In this document: positions 54,785 to 64,000 of the stretch, one piece after another
How the letters are laid out: the number at the start of each line of letters is the position of its first letter
Position numbering within the stretch: the stretch's first letter is position 1
NCBI GenBank assembly: GCA_963666055.2
Contig: CAXWPH010000012.1
Location: 32,001-96,000, forward strand
Length of the DNA: 64,000 nt
From: Acidobacteriota bacterium
GTDB lineage: Bacteria; Acidobacteriota; UBA890; WLXD01
Direction of reading: 5' to 3'
Translations under genes and position numbers: made by a program
Notes under the pieces: generated by a model
Told to the model about the DNA's origin: nothing
What the model saw: only the letters and a program-made list of their open reading frames with translations
Databases searched by the model: none

Positions 54785-55270
54785 GTGATCTCGGTCGTGC
54801 AGCGTGTACGCTCCGCGCACGTGATTGCGGAGGCGCAGGAGGTCGGCCGCATCGGTCTCGGTCTCCTGGTGCTGGTGGGTGCGGTCCGCGGCGACAGCGA
54901 ACGGGATGTCGAGTATCTGGCGCGGCGTCTCGCTACCCTGCGTGTGTTTCCCGACGCACGAGCACGCATGAACCTCTCGCTGCACGACGTCGATGGCTCC
55001 GTTCTCCTGGTCTCACAATTCACCCTCGCTGCCGATACGCGCAAGGGTCGCCGTCCGTCGTTCGGTCGAGCGCTGCCGCCAGACAAGGCGGAAGCGCTTA
55101 TCATCAAGTTGGTGGAGCGCCTACGAAGAGACCGGATTGAGGTTCAAACCGGGGTCTTCGGCGCGCCGATGCAGGTCCACCTGGTAAACGACGGTCCGGT
55201 AACCCTCCTGCTTGATTCGCGTCAACCGCAGCGCGCCGACGAGCAGCTGGCGGATGGTGACGATGCCTGA
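54785..55270 (+). CDS. dtd: D-aminoacyl-tRNA deacylase
   Basis: VVQRV, SQFTL, KGRRPSF, NDGPVT. Confidence 0.96.
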   Translation: MISVVQRVRSAHVIAEAQEVGRIGLGLLVLVGAVRGDSERDVEYLARRLATLRVFPDARARMNLSLHDVDGSVLLVSQFTLAADTRKGRRPSFGRALPPDKAEALIIKLVERLRRDRIEVQTGVFGAPMQVHLVNDGPVTLLLDSRQPQRADEQLADGDDA

Positions 55271-56174
55271 CGCCGAATCATGGCTTGGTGGCTGGGAGCT
55301 TGACTACCTGGAGCGTCTTCGGGTCGAGCGCGGCCGTTCGCCGCGCACCGTCGAAGCATATGCCTCGGACCTGGCACAGTTCGGCAAGTGGTGCGAGAGC
55401 CGGCACCTCAGCGCACTCGGCGTCGATGTGCGATCGTTGCGCGATTGGCTCAGAAGTCTGGAGACCAGCGGCATCAGTGCCCGCTCGCGGGCGCGCAAGC
55501 TGTCGGCGTTGCGTGGCCTGTACCGGTACTTGGTCGAGGCAGGGCGCATCGACAGCGACCCCAGTGAGTTGCTGAGAGCGCGCGAGCGACGGCGATCGTT
55601 GCCGCGCACACTCGAGCCGGAGGAAATCGAGCGGCTGATGGCGCAGCCGGACACGGAGATCCCCGACGGTCTACGTGATCGCGCCATGCTCGAGGTGGCA
55701 TACGGCTGTGGCTTGCGAGTGTCGGAGCTCGTCGGCTTGCGTATCGTCGACCTGGATCTGGAGGAGGGGGTCGTGCGTTGCCGTGGAAAGGGCGGAAACG
55801 AGCGCCTGGTGCCGATTGGCGACGAGGCCGCGCACTGGCTTGATCGCTACCTGGAGGGAGGCCGGGAGCGATCGGCAAGGACCGCCACCGAAGGCGCAGT
55901 TTTCCTGACCCGCCGTGGTCGCCCGCTATCTCGCCAATGGTTTGCCAAGCTGCTGAAGCGATATGGGGTGCAGGCCGGGATCGCCTCGCAGCGTATCAGC
56001 CCACACGTTCTGCGTCACAGCTTCGCTACCCACCTGCTTGAGGCGGACGCCGACCTGAGGGCGGTGCAGGCGATGCTGGGGCATGCGCGGATCTCCACCA
56101 CCGAGGTCTATACGCACGTCAATCGACGCCGGCTGCGAAGCGTGTACGACCGCCATCATCCGCGTGCGCGGTGA
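55263..56174 (+). CDS. xerD: Tyrosine recombinase XerD
   Basis: [40 protein letters not shown]. Confidence 0.9.
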   Translation: MPDAESWLGGWELDYLERLRVERGRSPRTVEAYASDLAQFGKWCESRHLSALGVDVRSLRDWLRSLETSGISARSRARKLSALRGLYRYLVEAGRIDSDPSELLRARERRRSLPRTLEPEEIERLMAQPDTEIPDGLRDRAMLEVAYGCGLRVSELVGLRIVDLDLEEGVVRCRGKGGNERLVPIGDEAAHWLDRYLEGGRERSARTATEGAVFLTRRGRPLSRQWFAKLLKRYGVQAGIASQRISPHVLRHSFATHLLEADADLRAVQAMLGHARISTTEVYTHVNRRRLRSVYDRHHPRAR

Positions 56175-57457
56175 CCGTCACGGACAGCTTGCTCGAACGC
56201 CTCGATGCTCCCACGCGTGAGCTGCTAGGTGTTTGTGGGCGCCTCGCTTCGGAGCGCGGCGAGCGAGCTTATCTCGTGGGTGGGCGTGTCCGGGACCTGC
56301 TGCTTGGCCGTGATTCCATGGACATCGACATTGTGGTCGTCGGCGACGGCATGGCCGTCGCGCAGGCGCTATCGCGGCGTAACGGCGGAAAGCTGACCCG
56401 GTTCCACAGCTTCGGAACTGCGCGCGTCGATCTCAACGACGGACGCGTGGTCGATTTTGCCAGTGCCCGGCGCGAATGCTACGCAAGCCCCGGGGAGCTG
56501 CCTCAAGTGCAGGGGGGCACACTGTATGAGGATCTCGCGCGTCGCGATTTTTCGATCAACGCGATGGCATTGTCGCTCAGCCCCGAAGCGGCAGGTGAGC
56601 TTGTTGACGAGTTCGGAGGTGCCGCTGATCTCGACGCCGGCCTCGTACGCATCCTGCACGCTGGTTCGTTCGCCGATGACGCGACGCGGTTGCTACGAGC
56701 CATCCGTTTCCGGCTCCGACTTCACTATCGGCTCGAAGCCGGCACCGCGAGAGCGCTCGCCGAGGGCGTTCGCGGAGGCTACCTCGAGTCGATCTCCGGT
56801 GACCGTTTGCGCCGCGAGCTGCGCAAGCTCTACACCGAGGCACCGGTGGAGGGCCCACTGGCACTGGCAGAAGCCGGCCTCCTGGAGCCCATCCAGTCGG
56901 ACCTGGAGGCACGTCGTGACGCACTCGAGTCGTTGTCTGCCGAGCTGGAGCGCCGGCCGGCAGATAGCCAGGCAGAGGCCTGGTCGCTGGTACTGGCGGT
57001 TACGGCCACCGAACTGACGCCGCAGCAAAGATGCGACCTAGTACGCCGACTACGACTGTCGCGGTCGGGGAGGCAGGCGCTGATGGATTCGGGGGCCACC
57101 TGGGAACGAGCTCGCGCGGCGCTGTCGAAGTTCCATAGCCCTGGCGAACGCGCCACCGTTCTCGACCAGCTCGCTCCGGACAGCCTTCGCGTCGTGATCG
57201 CAATCGACGCGGCGGTCGACGGCGGGGTCGGCGGCGCCATCCGCCGGTACCTGGACCATGATCGCCACGTCACCCCAGCGCTCGACGGAACAGGTGTGCA
57301 GAGCATGGGCTGTCCGGAGGGGCCCGCGGTTGGGGAGATCTTGCGCGCCCTGCGCGTGGCGCGCATCAACGACGTAGTTCTTGACAGGTCGGACGAGGAG
57401 CGCCTGGCACGACGCCTCATCAAGGCCCGCTTAGAACAGGGTGCTGAGAAACTCTGA
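56171..57457 (+). CDS. Class II tRNA nucleotidyltransferase / poly(A) polymerase family
   Basis: VGGRVRDLLLG, DIDI, DLARRDFSINAM, SFADDATRLLRA. Confidence 0.88.
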   Translation: MTVTDSLLERLDAPTRELLGVCGRLASERGERAYLVGGRVRDLLLGRDSMDIDIVVVGDGMAVAQALSRRNGGKLTRFHSFGTARVDLNDGRVVDFASARRECYASPGELPQVQGGTLYEDLARRDFSINAMALSLSPEAAGELVDEFGGAADLDAGLVRILHAGSFADDATRLLRAIRFRLRLHYRLEAGTARALAEGVRGGYLESISGDRLRRELRKLYTEAPVEGPLALAEAGLLEPIQSDLEARRDALESLSAELERRPADSQAEAWSLVLAVTATELTPQQRCDLVRRLRLSRSGRQALMDSGATWERARAALSKFHSPGERATVLDQLAPDSLRVVIAIDAAVDGGVGGAIRRYLDHDRHVTPALDGTGVQSMGCPEGPAVGEILRALRVARINDVVLDRSDEERLARRLIKARLEQGAEKL

Positions 57458-57665
57458 CCCAGCAGAGTTCTTCGGCACCCTGCCAAATTGATCGCCTGGG
57501 AGGCGCATGATAGCGTGCGTGGGCTTCTGCAATTCTTCTTGACGGCTGGCAACTGGCCCCCGTGCGGCTATCTCAGCGCGGCCGATCCCGCTTTCAACGC
57601 CGCGCCCCACGCACACGCGAATCGCTCTCGGCGCCTGTTCTGCGGCGACGACCAAAAGGAATCCA

Positions 57666-58820
<1,155 letters not shown>

Positions 58821-58979
58821 GGCTCTTTCCTCTTTCGCTGCTGGCGCGGCTGCTCTCGCCACATTTCGTGCCCTGCGAAGAATCGACCTGCACGCCATGC
58901 TCCTGATTCGCGCGCTGGCGGACGAGGGTTCGGTTCGTCGGGTGCATTCTGGCGTCCGTCCCGATCGAGACGCTGCAAT

Positions 58980-59258
58980 CTAGCAGGCCGAGGTGAAAGT
59001 GTGGTGGGTCTGGCGACAGGGTCTTGCGAGGCGCAAGCAAGGAGAGAGGAGGAGGCGATGGTTACTCCATCGTTGAGGAGGAACGACGCAGCGTACGCGC
59101 GCAACCCCCTGTCGCCCGAAGGGTTACGGCGATTTGGGGCCATCTGCAGCGTTGGCCTTCCTCGACGATGGCTAGGGCATCGCCTGTGTCAGGCCGCCTT
59201 GCATCTGGCCCCAACTCGCCGTAACCAGACCCACCACACTTTCACCACGGCCTGCTAG
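58980..59258 (+). mobile_element. 279-bp MITE-like element, copy 4
   Basis: Same TIRs (one mismatch in the left TIR); about 12 substitutions versus copy 1 by manual count. Confidence 0.9.
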
Positions 59259-61630
59259 GTGCGTACCCCGAGCGCCTGGTAACCGCCGAGCGACAGGAAC
59301 ATGAGATGCGGCGCCCAGGCCGCCAGCCCCGGCGGCAGCTGGCCGGCATAGCCAAGGGCACGAAACACTCCGAAGGCGATCCAGTAGACGGCCACCAGGG
59401 CGATGGCGATTCCAACGCCGGTGAGAGCGCCCTGCCGGCCCATCCGGAAGGCGAACGGTATGCCGACGACGGTCATCACGAAGACGATCGCCGGCGTGGC
59501 AGCCTTCATGTTCAGATCGACCAGAGCTCGATGCGTCTCATAGCCTCGCTGCCGCAACAGCTCGACGTGCTGTTGCAACTCGAGCGTCGACATCTGCTCG
59601 GGTTGACGAGGGCTCTCTCCGAAGTAGGCCGGGGTGAGCTCGATCGGTAACACGGAGAAGCGGAATTCTTCGAGCTCGGTGGGCGATAGGTTGGCGGACT
59701 CGTCCTCGGCGACGAAGTAGCGGCGCCAGCCGTCGTGCCCCTCCCAGCGGCCGTTGGTGAACTCAGCGCGATCGGCGAACTCCATCCGCGCAATGCCGCC
59801 CGTACCGTCGTCGAGGTAATAAACACGTAGCCCGAGGAGCTGCGGTGGCTCGGCCACGTACTCGGCGAAGTGGAAGACCCGGCCACCCTCGGAAAACACC
59901 CAGGTCTGATCGCGCTGCAAGCTGACGGCGCCGGTGGGGTTCATCTGCTCCTCCACGATGGCCGCCTGCTGCGCTGCCACAGGTAACACGTAGTCCTGCA
60001 CGCCGTACTGAGTAGCAGTCAGCGCCACTGCCGGCAGCAGGATCGGCAGCATCAACCGATAAAGGCTGACGCCGCCTGCGAGCGCCGCCACCACCTCGTT
60101 GCGCTTCGCCATGAGACTGAAGGTGGCGAGCACCGTGACCACTGCCGACATGGGCAGAACATTGAAGACGATCTCCCAGATCTGGAACTTCATGTACGTG
60201 GGGATCATCTCCGGATGGGTCACGTACGACGCCTTGTCGATCCATGTCGTGGTAGCAAAGATGGTCACGAAGGCGGCGAACGTAAGCACCCAAATGGCAA
60301 CGTAGCTGCGCAGTACGTAGCGATCGAGGAGACGCGGAAAACTGGCACCGCGGCGGCGTCCGGCGCGCCGTGCCGGTCGGCGGAGCAGGTCGCGGAAGCG
60401 CTGCACCAGGGCGCTGCGGCGCTCGAGCAACGGTTGTATTCGGCGGACGATGCCGAAGTCGACCTCGCGACTCTTCTTCCACAACAGCACCAGCGCCACT
60501 GTACCCATGATCAAGTTGCCGGCCCACATGCCCAACCACGGCTGGATGTTGCCGACATCGCCCTGCTGCTCGCCGTTCTGGAGGAAGAAGTAGTAGACGA
60601 CGATCACCACTGTGCCGATGCCAAAACCGGCCGCCGTGGTCTGTCGTTGGGTCGATATGCCGAGCGGCAGTGAGATGAGTCCCATGACGATGCAGGCAAA
60701 CGGGAAGGCGTACTTCTTGTGAACTTCGACCTGCAGGTCGTAGGCGGGGTCGCCGACTTGCTGACGGTCCTTGATGGCCCGTCGCAGTTCCGTCAACGTC
60801 ATCGAACGCCCGTCCTTGCCAAGCTGCCCTAGTACCGACCCGTCCTCTTCCTCGGAGTAGATCAGCATCGTCTGGCGTTCGAAGCGTGTCACCGTGGCTT
60901 CGAGCGGGTCCTTGGCCGACCCGATCAGGGTGCCGTTCTCGAGGAGCAAATAGGTCTTACGCGTATCCTCGTCGATACGCAGGAAACCCCGCTCGGCACG
61001 GACAATATTCGGCGGGTCGTTGTCTGTCCGCGCCGCGAAAACTCCACGCCACTCGCGCCCGTCGTCGACAATGTCCTCGATGTACAGCACCAGGCCGGGA
61101 AAGTCCTCGATGAACACACGTGGCTTGATCTCACCGGAGAAAGCGCGCTTGGTGATCGTTTCCCAGTTCATCTCCCGCAAGCTCGTATTGCCCCACGGAA
61201 GCGACACCATGAAGACGTAACTGGTCACCGCCCAAGCGATGCCGGCCAGAATCAACACCGGAGGCATCAGATGCAGAAGGCTGACTCCCGAGGCCCTGAG
61301 GGCGACGATCTCGAAATCCGACGACATGCGACCGAACGCAATCAGACCGCCAACGAGCAGTCCCATCGGAAGGGTCAGCACAACGATGAACGGCAGGCTG
61401 TAGACGATCGCCCACAGCACCGTTGCCAGCTCGGCGCCGTACTGAATCCAGATCTGCGAGATGCGCAATAGGAAGCGCATCAGCATGAGAAACGTGAACA
61501 CTCCGAAGCCAAGCAACGTGGGAGCGATCATCTCCTGGATAACGTGCCGCCACAGGATGAACGCCGGCCTGAACCGACCTGCCACCCGGCTGAGGCCGCT
61601 CACCGGAGCCTCATGTGCCAGCGTGCTCAT
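59255..61630 (-). CDS. Fused LPS export permease LptF-LptG
   Basis: Two tandem YjgP/YjgQ units (GRMSSDFEIVALRASGVS; KRNEVVAALAGGVS; AAWAPH). Confidence 0.9.
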   Translation of the reverse strand: MSTLAHEAPVSGLSRVAGRFRPAFILWRHVIQEMIAPTLLGFGVFTFLMLMRFLLRISQIWIQYGAELATVLWAIVYSLPFIVVLTLPMGLLVGGLIAFGRMSSDFEIVALRASGVSLLHLMPPVLILAGIAWAVTSYVFMVSLPWGNTSLREMNWETITKRAFSGEIKPRVFIEDFPGLVLYIEDIVDDGREWRGVFAARTDNDPPNIVRAERGFLRIDEDTRKTYLLLENGTLIGSAKDPLEATVTRFERQTMLIYSEEEDGSVLGQLGKDGRSMTLTELRRAIKDRQQVGDPAYDLQVEVHKKYAFPFACIVMGLISLPLGISTQRQTTAAGFGIGTVVIVVYYFFLQNGEQQGDVGNIQPWLGMWAGNLIMGTVALVLLWKKSREVDFGIVRRIQPLLERRSALVQRFRDLLRRPARRAGRRRGASFPRLLDRYVLRSYVAIWVLTFAAFVTIFATTTWIDKASYVTHPEMIPTYMKFQIWEIVFNVLPMSAVVTVLATFSLMAKRNEVVAALAGGVSLYRLMLPILLPAVALTATQYGVQDYVLPVAAQQAAIVEEQMNPTGAVSLQRDQTWVFSEGGRVFHFAEYVAEPPQLLGLRVYYLDDGTGGIARMEFADRAEFTNGRWEGHDGWRRYFVAEDESANLSPTELEEFRFSVLPIELTPAYFGESPRQPEQMSTLELQQHVELLRQRGYETHRALVDLNMKAATPAIVFVMTVVGIPFAFRMGRQGALTGVGIAIALVAVYWIAFGVFRALGYAGQLPPGLAAWAPHLMFLSLGGYQALGVRT

Positions 61631-62310
61631 CTTGCGATCTCGTAGTAGCGCGCCAGGCGATCAGGCCGCATTCCTAGCGCGTACATGGCGCGCAGTGCCC
61701 ACATACGCACGATCGTGCGCCAGGGCCCCAGCTGGTCCCACCGCCGCGCCGAAGTCACCACGGTGGCCTCCACCGGCACCAAGCTACCGAACTGCTTCAG
61801 ACGCTGCGTGAACTCGACGTCCTCGAACAACGGCAACGGCGCGTAGCCACCGGTAGATTCGAATACTTGTCGGGTGACAAAGAGCCCTTGGTCACCGGTT
61901 GCCACGCCCGTCAATCGACTGCGGAGGGTGATCAAGCGCCCCACGACTCGCAAGATCCATCGCGGAGAGTCGAGGTGCAGGCGAAAGAATCCACCGACGT
62001 AGCCGGATTCGATCGCCTGGATGACGACGGCCCCCCAGTTGGCAGGTAGTCGCGTATCGGCGTGCAGAAACAGAAGTACGTCGCCGGCGGTGGCGGCGGC
62101 ACCGGCATTCATTTGCGCCGCCCGGCCGCGCGCCGAGGCTATCCAAGCGACGCCGGATTCGCGCAGCAGTCGCTCGGTGCCGTCGCTGCTACCACCATCC
62201 ACGAACACTAGCTCGCAGTCGGGCTCGGCGCATTGCTCGCGGAGTTCGCCCAGCAGGGCGGGTAGGGCAGACTCCTCGTTCCAAACCGGGACGATGACAC
62301 TCAGGCGCAC
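61627..62310 (-). CDS. GT2 glycosyltransferase (TIGR04283-like)
   Basis: SVIVPVWNEE, VDGGSSD, GRAAQMNAGA, FLHADT, GDQG, TSARRW; GTG start at 62310. Confidence 0.85.
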   Translation of the reverse strand: MRLSVIVPVWNEESALPALLGELREQCAEPDCELVFVDGGSSDGTERLLRESGVAWIASARGRAAQMNAGAAATAGDVLLFLHADTRLPANWGAVVIQAIESGYVGGFFRLHLDSPRWILRVVGRLITLRSRLTGVATGDQGLFVTRQVFESTGGYAPLPLFEDVEFTQRLKQFGSLVPVEATVVTSARRWDQLGPWRTIVRMWALRAMYALGMRPDRLARYYEIAR

Positions 62311-62497
62311 GTGAGCTTCGACAGGCCAAGGAGGGTGACCGGCACCTCGGTGAGGTGCACGCTGGTTGCAGGAGCACTCTGCCCGTCCAGTGTATCTCAG
62401 CACGTCGCGGTGCCGCTCGAATCCGCTCATCGCGGGCCCCCGCCGCCGCTCGGACGTCATTAGCGGCGGTCCTGGGGCTGGGATACCATCCGATGCC

Positions 62498-63400
62498 ATG
62501 TTCCGCGTCGTGATTCTTGGGAGCGGTGCGTCGCTGCCCACCCTTTACCGGCAGCCCGCTGCGGTCGCCGTGCAGTTCGAGGGGGACGTCTATCTGTTCG
62601 ACTGTGGCGAAGGTACCCAGCTGCAGTGGCGCCGCGCCGGTCTGCGCTTCGGGCGCCTGCGAGGGATCTTCATCTCGCACCTGCACGGGGACCACCTCAA
62701 CGGCCTGGTCGGGCTGCTGCAAACCCTTTCTCTGAGTGACCGCTCCGAACCGCTTCGATTATTTGGGCCACCGGGCATCGCCGACTACTGGGCGGCCCTC
62801 GGCCGGTTCCAGGGAGTCCGGCTGGGATACCCGCTGAAGATCGTCGAGGCTGACGGGGGCCGGCTCCTCGACGGCACCAATCACCACATCGAATCCGCCA
62901 GCCTGGACCACGGGATCCCGACCCTGGGCTTCGCCCTGGTGGAGTCCGACAAGCCCGGACGCTTCGACGTGGAAGCCGCGACGTCCCTTGGGGTGGAGCC
63001 AGGTCCGTTGTTTGGGACTCTTCAGGGCGGGGAGAATGTGGTGCTGAGCGACGGCCGGGTGATCATGCCTGACCAGGTGCTGGGAGCAGCGCGCCCCGGC
63101 AGACGGGTGGCGTATTGTGTCGACACGCGACCATGTCGCGCCGCTGTGGAGCTGGCCCGAAATGCCACCTTGTTCCTCTGCGACTCGACATTCGGTAGCG
63201 AGCTCGTAGAGGAAGCGCATAGTCGAGGGCACTGTACCGCTGCGCAAGCAGCCGAGATGGCTACACAGGCCGGAGCCAAGCGCCTGGTGCTCACCCACGT
63301 GTCGGCGCGATACCACGACGCGAGGCCATTGCTCGCCGAAGCCGCTGCGGTCTTCGCCGAAACCGCCATCGCCAGCGATCTGATGGAGGTCATCCTTTGA
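62498..63400 (+). CDS. rnz: Ribonuclease Z
   Basis: FDCGEGTQ, SHLHGDH, exosite KPGRFD...GP, HCT, THVSARY. Confidence 0.93.
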   Translation: MFRVVILGSGASLPTLYRQPAAVAVQFEGDVYLFDCGEGTQLQWRRAGLRFGRLRGIFISHLHGDHLNGLVGLLQTLSLSDRSEPLRLFGPPGIADYWAALGRFQGVRLGYPLKIVEADGGRLLDGTNHHIESASLDHGIPTLGFALVESDKPGRFDVEAATSLGVEPGPLFGTLQGGENVVLSDGRVIMPDQVLGAARPGRRVAYCVDTRPCRAAVELARNATLFLCDSTFGSELVEEAHSRGHCTAAQAAEMATQAGAKRLVLTHVSARYHDARPLLAEAAAVFAETAIASDLMEVIL

Positions 63401-63918
63401 GCGAGGATTCGCAAGCCAGCCCGTCGCCTGGTCCCTCCGATCAGCGCCGACCGACCGGCACGATGCGTGCCACTGCCGTACGCATGACACAGATCGTCAT
63501 GCCGAACGACAGCAACCCGCACGGTACGGTAAGCGGCGGTCGCGTCATGCACCTGATCGACATTTGCGGCGCGGTCGCCGCCCTTCGCCATGCCAGGCGT
63601 CAGGTGGTTACGGCGTCGTTCGACGACGTGGCGTTTGTCGCTCCGGTGCCGGTGGGGCATATCTTGATCCTGGATGGCATGGTCACCTGTACGGGCAGCA
63701 CGTCGATGGAGGTGCGCGTAATCGTGCACGGCGAGAACCCGATCACCGGAGATGTACGGCAAACAACCACCGCGTTCCTCACCTTCGTCGCCCTCGATGA
63801 CGACGGCCAGCCAGCCGCCGTCCCGGAGCTCATCGCGGAGACCGACGAGCAACGCGAGCTGATGTTGGAGGCCACGCGGCGGCGCCGCACGCGGCTTGCT
63901 CGCTATGACCACAGGTAA
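63397..63918 (+). CDS. Acyl-CoA thioesterase (hotdog fold, YciA-like)
   Basis: VMPNDSNPHGTVSGG, VVTAS, GSTSMEV, FVALD. Confidence 0.9.
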   Translation: MSEDSQASPSPGPSDQRRPTGTMRATAVRMTQIVMPNDSNPHGTVSGGRVMHLIDICGAVAALRHARRQVVTASFDDVAFVAPVPVGHILILDGMVTCTGSTSMEVRVIVHGENPITGDVRQTTTAFLTFVALDDDGQPAAVPELIAETDEQRELMLEATRRRRTRLARYDHR

Positions 63919-64000
63919 GCTGTCGGGGCCACGATCCGCGGCCATTGACACGGCACTCGTGCCCGCCAGGAGCCTGCTAGACTCACGCCTCTCGCACCGT

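Noticed and set aside
55263-56174. Tyrosine recombinase as a prophage/island integrase or the element's mobiliser
   Set aside because: Size, motifs and housekeeping context match chromosomal XerD.
57458-57665. SAM riboswitch upstream of metK
   Set aside because: No recognisable SAM-I or SAM-II consensus by eye; a covariance search would be needed to exclude it fully.
59255-61630. LptF-LptG fusion as a novelty
   Set aside because: To my knowledge this fusion is common in Acidobacteriota; useful as a taxonomic hint only.
63945-63983. TTGACA plus GCCTGCTAG as a promoter pair or a fifth element end
   Set aside because: Only 9 bp match the TIR with no element body; TTGACA to TAGACT spacing is 27 bp.

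Overview
High-GC (~65-70%) core-genome segment, almost all on the + strand. It is probably Acidobacteriota, inferred from the fused lptF-lptG and the ClpC N-terminus MFERYTERARRVIFFARYEAS. It carries about 55 mostly housekeeping genes: smc/scpAB, recG, uvrBC, cmk-rpsA-ihfB, a plsX-fab cluster, lysS-lolCD-clpC-bamA-lpx, leuS-lptE-holA, murJ, xerD, metK, lptFG and rnz. A CCA-less tRNA-Thr(CGT) has an att-like 3' flank. No CRISPR array or transposase was seen. The most striking unexplained signal is a non-coding element present four times (three 279-bp copies and one 195-bp variant). It has 34-bp terminal inverted repeats ending in CTAG, always overlaps a neighbouring gene's stop codon, and can fold into a nested two-armed (Y-shaped) structure. 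It also carries a strong RBS plus a short ORF, which in one copy abuts the yceD start. Other oddities: a LexA lacking its catalytic Lys and Ala-Gly site, a LeuRS without zinc-knuckle cysteines and with a large insertion, a short-armed SMC with a degenerate hinge motif, a degenerate/canonical acyl-CoA dehydrogenase pair, and an AT-rich operator-like patch after lysS. All calls come from motif recognition by eye; no searches or folding programs were run.
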